From Adineta vaga (lineage: Eukaryota > Animalia > Rotifera), in contig CP075497.1 in the NCBI GenBank assembly GCA_021613535.1, positions 5,766,001-5,830,000 of the forward strand: a stretch of 64,000 nucleotides of DNA. Direction: 5' to 3'. The translations under genes were made by a program, and so were the position numbers. The notes under the pieces are model-generated. The model made no database searches and was not told where the DNA came from. It was given only the letters and a program-made list of their open reading frames with translations. Within the stretch, counting starts at the first letter, position 1; each line of letters opens with the position of its first letter. Below, in pieces: positions 25,459-35,139 of the stretch.

Positions 25459-25886
25459 GGAATACAGCTGTATACTTTTCACGATAAAATGAAAGAATGT
25501 AAAACAAAGTTGATAAAAAATGCGTTGTTATATGCGTATCACTGTTTTATTACGCATTCAACTTCAAGACAACAAAAATGACATAATGATACTAATCTCA
25601 TGCAAATAATAAAATTTTTTTAAACTAATTTCAAGGTTATCGAAAAAACAAAACACATGTGAAGTTCATAATTTTTTATAGCTTTTGTTATCTTTGAGAT
25701 GTTATACAAATGGATAAGAACGGCAGCTACATAGTATACATATAATTGGATGAATAGATATACCATTAGATAAAGACGTTGATTCTTGCTTGCTGAGTGT
25801 GTGTGTATGCGTGTGCGTCTTTACTTCATCTTTCACTTTCATATCTCTCCGTTTTTTTTTGTTGTTTTTTTTTACTTATTTTAAAA

Positions 25887-27250
25887 ATGGATTCCGAAGG
25901 TAGACAAGTGGTTGTGTGTGATAATGGTACTGGAGTATGTATTCTACTTTGTTTATATTGAAAGATATATCGATTAAAAGACTTTCTTCATTTTATAGTA
26001 TATTAAATGTGGTTACTGTACATCGAATTTTCCTGATTATCATTTTCCATGTATGGTAGGTCGACCTTTAATTCGTTCTCGTGCGAAAGTGAATAATATT
26101 GAAGTTCAAGATATAATGGTTGGTGACGAAGGTATTTAACTATCAAGCGAGTGTTTTTTCTTCTTCATTCAACTATGATTTCGTTTTAGCACGAGCTGTT
26201 CGACAAACACTTGAAATAAATTATCCTGTTGAAAATGGTATTGTTAATAATTGGGAAGATATGAAACATATTTATACATATTTATTCGGTCCAAAAAAAA
26301 TGAATATCAATCCACGTGATGCTAAAATTCTCTTGACAGAAGCACCGCTAAATCCAGTGAAAAATCGTGCAAAAATGTTAGAAGTTATGCTTGATCAGTT
26401 TGAATTCCATGAATGTTCATTGGCATATCAAGCTATATTAACTTTATATGCTCAGGGCATTTTAACAGGCGTTGTCGTTGATATTGGTGATGGTGTTACA
26501 CATATTTGTCCTGTTATTGATGGATTTTGTATACAAAATTCAATTGCACGTCTCAATATTGCCGGAAGAGATATAACAAGATATTTAATTCGTTTATTAC
26601 TTCTTCGTGGAGTACGATGAGGATGTTTTAGAAATTTCTATTTCTATTTCTATTTCTTTTAGTATGTATTCAATCAATCTGCTGATTTTGATACAGTTCA
26701 ACAAATCAAAGAGAAACTTTGTTATGTGGCGCATGATGTTGAAGAAGAACGAAAATTAGCCGTAGATACAACTGTATTGGTTGAAAGTTATACATTACCT
26801 GATGGTCGAACAATAAAATTGTCTGGAGAGAGATTTGAAGCACCTGAAGTACTTTTCCGTCCATCTTTATTAGGTTTAGATGTGAGTGGTGTGGCTGAAC
26901 AAGTATTTAAAGTAATTAATAGTGCACCAATGGATGATCGACGTAAACTTTATAAACAAATTGTTTTGAGTGGTGGTACAACAATGTATCCTGGATTTGG
27001 TACACGTCTTGAACGTGAATTAGAAAAAATTTACGTAGAACGAATACTGAAAGGAAAAGAGGATAAATCAGCGAAAAATATTATATGTATTGAGGCGCCA
27101 CCACGTCGTAAAAATATGGTCTTTTTAGGTGGTGCTGTATATGCCAATTTAGTAAAAGATACTCCATCTCAATGGATATCACGACGTGATTATCAAGAAG
27201 AAGGTCCTGAACGTTGCGTACAACGATTAAATCAAATTTGTCCACGATAA
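25887..27250 (+). CDS. ACTR2: Actin-related protein 2 (Arp2/3 complex subunit)
   Basis: [58 protein letters not shown]. Four exons. Confidence 0.93.
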
Positions 27251-27463
27251 ATACGAATGATTATGATTTTTAGCATTTATTTTGAAATGATAATTCCAAT
27301 TAGTTCTGTCTGATTTTCTTTGTGAACTTTTCTACTAGTACAATCTTTTTTTCTTATATGCATCTGTGTGTCATTGCTTTCTTTTTTATTCGTCAGTAAT
27401 TCTTTTTATTTATTTATCATCGAATGAACTGCACTTGTAGATCTATATATATATTCATATACA

Positions 27464-29547
27464 ATGTACAAACGATTTCGTTGTGCATCAATTGTATTGA
27501 TTATCCTAGGAATTGGATTCATCGTTGGTGGTACTCTGTTATTAGTACTTGGTAGTTCTACCATTAAAAATTCCGTGAAAAAAGTAGATAATCATTCTTT
27601 TATACTATCTGATAGCATCTTTTGTTTTTCTTTGAACTAAAAGCAATGTCAATTAAAACCGGGAACATTTCTATATGATACTTGGCGTGATTCTCCTGTA
27701 CCGACATATACATCAATTTATGTATTTGATCTTAATGATACTGAGTTTTTGAATGGAACTTCAAAACCATTTTTGAGACAACGTGGACCATTTGTTTATA
27801 AGTGAGTTTGATTGAAATGTTTCTCTCGACTAAGCTGAAACATGATTAATGCCTATTTGTATTCAGAGAAGAACGAAAGAAAATGAATATAAAAACTTAT
27901 GAGAATCAAACAATATCTTATCAAGAATCACGTGTTTATACATTTGATCGGGAACGATCAGCTGAACTTGAAAGTGTAAATATTACCACAATGAATATTG
28001 TGTATATGGTACTAAAACAATTCTATCTTGATTTCTAACTTATCAATATAATCTTCTGTAGACATTAGTCAATTATCTTCAGTTGGAACATATTCCAAGT
28101 ATATTTCGACGTATGGTTGGAGAATTATTAGATGCTCAAGAAAAACCATTTATGCAACATACAGTAAAAGATTTTCTCTGGGGTTATCAAGATCCATTAT
28201 TACATATATTAAAAAAAGAATTTCCAGACATTGTGACTAGTGATCAAGTATCAGCTTTTTATGCTTCGGTAATTTTTTAATCTTTTTTCACGTTTTGAAC
28301 AAAAACAAAATTTTGCATTATATAATGTTACATATAGAAAGTTCATCAATAGATATGATTTCTTATTAATATTTCTTATCATCCTTTTAGGTAAGTCAAG
28401 CTGGATCGAACACATTTCTAATCAATAATGGCATTGGTTTGGATTCGAATCGTAATGAACGTATAAACAATGTTGGTAAAATCGAACGGTTTAATTTTCG
28501 AACAGATTTACCCTATTGGTCGAATGAATATGCAAATATGATCAATGGAACAGATAGTACAATATGGCATCCAGATGCACGTCAAGATGAACGAATATAT
28601 GCCTATATTCCTGATATATGTCGATCAGTATATCTTGCATATAACGAAACAAATTCGAATGAATTTGATATTGAAACTTATCGTTATACATTACCACATA
28701 ATGTATTTTCTAATGCAACAGAAAATGAAGGTTTTTGTTTAAATTCTTCAGTAACAAATAAAACACATGTACTCGATTGTTTACCGAGTGGTTTATTTTC
28801 ATTAAGAACATGTATACATCGTAAGTTGACGAATTGAAATCGAAACTACGATTCATTTTGGATTCTTTTTTTTTCAGTATCTGGAAGTTCACTTACACTT
28901 CCTTTACCAATCATTGCGTCAAGTCCACATTTTTTGGAAGCTGATTCAACAGTGCAAAAAGCTATCGATGGACTATCACCTGATGGAAGTAAACATCGAA
29001 GTTTTGTTGATATCGAACCTCTTACAGGCAGTATGTATTTTATCGAAAAGTGAAAAAAATTTTCAATTAAATTTCTGTTTTTGTCAATATTAGTTGTAAT
29101 GAATGGTTCTCGACGATTACAAATCAATATCAATGTTGTGAATGATTCAACTATAAGCGCAGTATCTCGTGTAAAACCACTTGTTTTTCCTATGTTATGG
29201 GTAGATGAAGTGAGTATAACAATCAAAAGAAAAAGAAGATCTACATATATTTTTGATTTTTGATGTTTGTTTTAGCATGCGGAAATCGATCAACCAAGTG
29301 CAGATAAATTTCATCAGAAAGTAACGACACCAATTATGCTGGTGAATGTGATTAAATATGTACTACTTGGTGTTGGTATTGCTTTAGTCATTGGTGCAAT
29401 TGCTCTACTTGCTTATGAGAGACATAAAGTATTTTATTACGATTTATTGTTAATAATTATATCTATAATTTCTATTTGTAGAAAAATATGTCTGGTGATG
29501 CTTTTCCACCAGTTGACGACACGGAAAGATTATCATCACATTTTTGA
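27464..29547 (+). CDS. CD36/scavenger receptor class B (SCARB/LIMP-2-like) protein
   Basis: N- and C-terminal TM helices, QRGPFVY, TVKDFLWGYQDP, MINGTDS, DICRS, SSPHFL, DIEPLTG, RLQIN, FPMLWVDE. About 9 exons; stop at 29545-29547. Confidence 0.92.
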
Positions 29548-29936
29548 AAAATGTTGATTATGCTAACGAATATTTAACATTTACACATTTCTTTCAATTC
29601 CACTGGTCTTTCAATGATATTTATACTTTTTTTTTTAATATACCTTGTTTTTTGTATATAAATTTCTATGTGAATGAATTGATGTACATGTATACATCAA
29701 TAGTAGTGAACAAAAACAAGTCTTTTACCGTTATTTCTTCTAATGTAATTTTTGAAAACAAAATAATGAATAAATATTTTTTAGACAAACAATTAGTAAA
29801 TTAAATATGAAAGAATCGCTGATCTCATTTTAACAGATAAATTTATTCTATGATAACATATTACATATTAATGAACAAATAACTATTTCATACAAGTTTT
29901 TACAAGAAAACACGAAAATTTATAGAAACATCATTA

Positions 29937-30386
29937 TTAACGTCCATGACTTAAAGTAAACGTACTTGGTGATACACCTTTCATAATTTTGCCTTTATAG
30001 TACACGTTCCATGTGTCTTTAGCATAGCCATTACTTAAAGGTATAAATGACATTAAACTTGCTCCTTCTACTTTTCCTCCTTTGTAATAAACATTCCAAT
30101 TATCTTTAGCATAACCATTATTCAATGTTTTGAATGACATTGAACTTGCACCTTGTATTTTCTCTCCTCTATAATAAACACCCCAAGTATCTTTTGTATA
30201 ATCTAAATTCATATTGGTCCGTAGTTTTCGTTTATTAAATAATCTACATTGTTCAGTGCCAGAACAGCCAATTTCGTTCTTGTTTGAACCATGTTCGATA
30301 TGTCCAGATACTTCATGATTGAACAGTAGAATAAATCCGGAAAGTAAAAGAATGAAATACAGTGAAGTCATGATTGTTTGCATCAT
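29937..30386 (-). CDS. Secreted DKNYY-family repeat protein (bacterial-type), intronless; HGT candidate
   Basis: Signal-peptide-like N-terminus followed by ~3 tandem 29-aa (87-nt) repeats Y(A/T)KD.W.VYY.G.K..GAS..SF..L.NG, the DKNYY repeat pattern. Confidence 0.8.
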   Translation of the reverse strand: MMQTIMTSLYFILLLSGFILLFNHEVSGHIEHGSNKNEIGCSGTEQCRLFNKRKLRTNMNLDYTKDTWGVYYRGEKIQGASSMSFKTLNNGYAKDNWNVYYKGGKVEGASLMSFIPLSNGYAKDTWNVYYKGKIMKGVSPSTFTLSHGR

Positions 30387-30802
30387 TAAATTCAAAAAGA
30401 CGATGATTGTTTTTTTGCCCTTGCTATATATACTCTAGCTAGTATAGTTATGAACGATGGCATATAGTTTTCTATAGTCGACATTTTACATTAGTTATTT
30501 TGATTTCTGCGAAGAGAAAGAAAAAAGTCCTTATGTGATGTGGACGGATAATGTACATAATTGTTTTGTACGTAGAAAGCAGAACAATGAAAAAGATAAA
30601 TGAATTACACTGTTTCAATATGATGTATTTTAAGTATATATGCAAAATAAATACTTCACTATACTACAGAGTTCACTTTTCTCGATGTTTTCTTTATCGC
30701 CATCAAGGATACATAACGAATTATTCCTTAAATCTTGATTTATTTTTATTTTTCAATAGAAACTATAAAAAAACACATAAGTGATTACATAAATCGTCGT
30801 GT

Positions 30803-31608
30803 TCATTTCGTAATTAACATCAATGTTGCGAATTCTGCAAATAAAAATCTCATACGATAATAGAAAAAGAAATCGACACAAATGTATACCTTTGTAATTG
30901 ATATGTCCATCTATATACAGAACAGATTACAATAAAGGAAGAAGAAGAAGAGAAAAACTGATCTTACCATTGTTTATTTCAACAAATTGTAACAGTTCAG
31001 CCATTTTTCTCTCACTCAATTGTGTTCCAAAACAACGTCTATAAACAATACAATCATATAGTTAACCTTTGAAAACTTAAGAAGAAGAAGAAGAGATTCG
31101 TTACTGAATAAGTTCTTTTGAAATGAACCCTGTACTGTTTTTATCAACTGCTTTAGCTCTTGCCAGATTGATCAAATAATTCGAGAATCGATGATTGTTC
31201 TGAGCATATGGTTGAATTCGTTGTTGATGTCGTCGACAGCACCAACTGGGGCAATCTATTTATATACAAACAAACAACGAACAACTATGTTTTGTGTCTT
31301 AGATAATTACGAACTATTAGTATCGATGATGTGAGCAAGTTCACTTTCGATAAGTACGATAACAAGTTGTTTGCCCATTGTATCACTGTCAATAGTTGTA
31401 TCATCATGCTCGTCAAGCGATTCAATAACACTTTTCAGAATTGGAACTATGATGAAGAAACCAATGAGAATAAAAAGAATAGAAATGATGGTTATAATAT
31501 AAAACCTAATATTTGATTGAGTATAGTACGATCAGAATGTTGATCATATTTGTAAACGGCACGAGAAAGTTCCGTCCATTGTTCATTAGTTAACAATTGA
31601 TCATTCAT
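30803..31608 (-). CDS. Divergent calmodulin-like EF-hand protein (6 exons)
   Basis: MNDQLLTNEQWTELSRAVYKYDQHSDRTI parallels calmodulin [40 protein letters not shown] and NNDGHINYKEFATLMLITK* parallel EF3 and EF4. The intact model needs a GTTCGT donor near 31314. The ORF track misses this gene. Confidence 0.65.
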
Positions 31609-31845
31609 AATGGAGATGACGATAAGGTAATTATTGTATTCTCTGTACGATTAGTGATAATAATAAAACAAAAAGTGTACAGAATATTTTTTAGGATATT
31701 TGATGGTTCTTTCAAAGTGCAATTTAGATAAGAGATTTGTGAATGATATTTATTGACAATTAAAATAGAGGCTGGTTGTGATGATTAAAAGAGGAAGAAA
31801 ATTAAGTTCTGGGTTTTTTTTATAGTTATTATATGACATTTATTA

Positions 31846-32895
31846 TTATGATTGAATCAAGGGAATGATTGATGTGCAGTGCAATAAGCTAAATACAAGA
31901 ATGACTCGAGAAAAATGTCCAAGCACAGAAGTGTAATAATGAGCTATTTTTGGATTGTCTTTTATTTGTTCAAAACCAATAGGAAATAAATGAAATTGAG
32001 GATTTGATGTGTTTTCAAATGATGTCGATGATAGATAGTAGCCATCGTAGAATATCTTAGTATCAAGTGAGAATTTAAATACAATCGGTATACCAATGGG
32101 TATCTCATGATCATGATATTGATCGGGAGTAAAGTTGTGAATAAGACGAACTATTGTTTTGATGATATCTTCATGAGTAACAACGAGGATATTGTGAGCT
32201 TGATAGAGATGATCGAACAATTGGTCATGAAAGAATGGTTGCAGTCTTTTGTGAACGTCGATGAGTGTCTCTGTTGATGAAGGAAGTGATGAAGAAGCAG
32301 ACGAAGAATGATACTGACGATGCATATGAGCGAAGCGAGGATGTCTCGAATCGGAATATGGAAGTGGTGGAGGGGCGAGATAAGCATGAGTGAGCCATTG
32401 TTTAATTTGGTTTTGACCGAAGAGAGCTTGGGCCCTTTCTTGATGAAAACCAGTCAGATTACCAAGCATACGGTCATTCAATCGCCACATATTATAGGAA
32501 GGTATCCAAAGATTATCCATATCTTGTTGAATAATGAATAAAGATTTGACAGCTCGTTTCAATAAACTTGTAAAACAAACATCGATTGAAAAGTTTGTTT
32601 GTCGAAGAAGTTGACCTGCGTGTTGCATTTGTTGTTGTCCAACAAGGGATAGATCACAATCATTCCATCCTGAAAAATGTTTTCTAAGTTCATCATCACT
32701 AGTTCCATGTCGTAGAAGGATAAGTAACGAATGAGATTGATGAAGGTTTGATGAGGGAGAAGGAGAAGATGATGAAAGAAATGATTGTTTTTGACATGAA
32801 CAAGTTGTTGATTTGTTTTTACAGCATGGGCATTGACAAATGGTACATTTATGACAATTAGACGGATATTTGGTAATAGAAATGGAAGTAGTCAT
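31846..32895 (-). CDS. Divergent cofactor-dependent phosphoglycerate mutase-like protein (histidine phosphatase superfamily) with Cys-rich N-terminus, intronless
   Basis: LILLRHG..., FSGWNDCDLS, CFTSLLKRA, LWIP...WRLN, PPPL and IPIGIPIVF follow dPGM/gpmA order. Confidence 0.8.
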   Translation of the reverse strand: MTTSISITKYPSNCHKCTICQCPCCKNKSTTCSCQKQSFLSSSSPSPSSNLHQSHSLLILLRHGTSDDELRKHFSGWNDCDLSLVGQQQMQHAGQLLRQTNFSIDVCFTSLLKRAVKSLFIIQQDMDNLWIPSYNMWRLNDRMLGNLTGFHQERAQALFGQNQIKQWLTHAYLAPPPLPYSDSRHPRFAHMHRQYHSSSASSSLPSSTETLIDVHKRLQPFFHDQLFDHLYQAHNILVVTHEDIIKTIVRLIHNFTPDQYHDHEIPIGIPIVFKFSLDTKIFYDGYYLSSTSFENTSNPQFHLFPIGFEQIKDNPKIAHYYTSVLGHFSRVILVFSLLHCTSIIPLIQS

Positions 32896-33120
32896 AGAAG
32901 AAAATAAAAATTAATAAAGATGGTTGTCAAGAGTGATATTAATTGTGTATATATATAGTGAACAAAATATTATTAACTATGTTGTTCGTTTTCTAAAAGT
33001 GTTTCTTTAATAGTCGTTACATGAATTCATTTATTGACTTTATACCAGTCTACAAAATGCATCTAACGTCGTGTTAACGTTTGTTATTCTTTAGAAAATA
33101 TCTATACATAGAGAAAAGAA

Positions 33121-34329
33121 CTAATTGTATTGAAATAAATAAAATAAAATAGTAATGAAAAGAAATATTTTCAGCGTTAAATAAAATCGAATCGCCTTCG
33201 AACTGGTAGTTGAAATTGATTTGATCGTCGTTGTTATCGCTAGTACACCTGGTTGATAAACTAATGATCCGAAACCACAAATATTCTTTCCACGAAGAAT
33301 ACGGATATATCCGTTTTCACCCCAATCTTTTCCTAAATAAACATAAATATATAAAAACGATTGAAGAAGATTTTATGCTCTATGAAATAAAAAAAAACAT
33401 AGAGCAACTACAAACCCCAATGATTCCTTGTAATCCAAAATAACACTCCTTGTTCTGTATTGCTATAACCAACTAACTGTAAGACATACATGTTATTGGG
33501 TTCAGAACAATTTGTTTCTTGAAATATGCCTGTAAAGAAATGAATTTCATCATTTTAATATAAAAAAGAAACAATTGTTATGTACAAGACAGTTTTGTAT
33601 GAGTTAAATTTTACATACCTCCTACATATTTTAAGAAGGATTCTTCTGGTGGATGAAAACTAACGAATAATGTCGATTTTTGTAGTAAAGGTAACAATGC
33701 TGTATCATTTAATCCATGATAACTATCGACTGTATCACACTATGCATTTATATTTAAATTAATATAGAAATCATATCATATCAATATATTCTGATCGAAA
33801 ACATACCGATGCAAATGGTGTACAAGCATTACTAACACATTTGCCCAGAGTATTAGGATAATCGTCATAGGTACAAATTCCACCAATTTGTTTGATACAT
33901 TCATAGGTCATATTCATTGAACAACAATCGATGATACGAGCAACACTTCCACGTTGTAAATTTCCAGTAGCAATAGTATGAAGACTTTCAATAGTTTCTA
34001 TAAAGTAATAAACAATGTCAACATAAACATAAACTGAACTTTTGTTGGTTTTAACTTTATAGTTTCATTTGAACTTACCAACCATAACAGCTGCTGTCAT
34101 ATATGAATAATCTGAATAGTCTTGTATTGGCGTAACAACACCATTTGTTCTCCAATCAAGACTACCTGGAAGTGTTATAGGACTTGGTATATTTTGACTT
34201 GATTTGTCTTCCAGAAATGATTCAGCTGCATTTCCTTTCAAAACGATGCCAATAAAGAAAAAAATAAACTGCTACAATGAGAATAATATAATTAAGATTA
34301 TATGATGCACTTACAAGAGACAGTAACAT
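33121..34329 (-). CDS. Papain-family (C1A) protease-like protein lacking catalytic Cys and His, with signal peptide and GPI-like C-terminus
   Basis: LPGSLDWRTNGVVTPIQD, IIDCC, YPNT.GKC, LVGY, FWITRNHWG/KDWGENGYIRILRGKNICG. Six exons; ATG 34329, stop 33121-33123. The ORF track misses this gene. Confidence 0.85.
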
Positions 34330-35139
34330 TTGTTTCACTCAAGATTTTTAAATTAAATTATATGAAAACTGATAGGAACACGTGCTTCAAATGTACGTAT
34401 GAAAAACCTGATCAATTATTCTTTGTTTTATACTTGTTCCGGTTGATTTAATCTTTTAATGTTTATTGTTATTATTATTATCATTCATAAAAATAAGGAA
34501 AAAGTAAGTACGTCATCATTTTATAGAATGAGAAGTATGTACCGATTAACTTATGTTTCTCTCAATGTCCAACATAATATTTTATATTATATTATGTACG
34601 TTTGATGATGGATTCTTCAGTATTTTTGTCACGTTTTCATTCAGAAAAGTTGTTACTATCATATATTCTCATGTTTTCATTAGTATAAACCTTGATAGAT
34701 AATATTTATCATAAACTATGTCATTGATTATGAATCTCATCTGGACAAATAGAATCGACATATCTTTCATATAAATTGTAACAACGATGATTAATCATTG
34801 ACACATATCGAAGAACATACATGAAAATAATCTTTGTATAAATAAACTGACTTAAGTCTTTCCGAAAAATCTAATTCTATACAAATAGAATAAAATAAAT
34901 CATATCTTTATTCATTCTGTTGATTTAGATGTGAACAATGATTATCAAAATCTTAAATCAGTACAATTTATTAATAATTAATCGCTTAAAATAAAAATTG
35001 CATAGACAAAGCTCATGCACTGTCCTAATTTAAAACATAGTGACAAACAATAGATAAAAACTGTAAAACTAAACGATAAATTATACATTGTATTTATCAC
35101 AGGGAAAATAAAATTGAATCTAAAGAAAAGATTTTTTTA

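Noticed and set aside
31150-31185. Possible double frameshift giving ILELFDQ-IWQEL-KAVDK in the calmodulin-like gene
   Set aside because: Needs two separate insertions; a GTTCGT donor gives an intact frame more simply.
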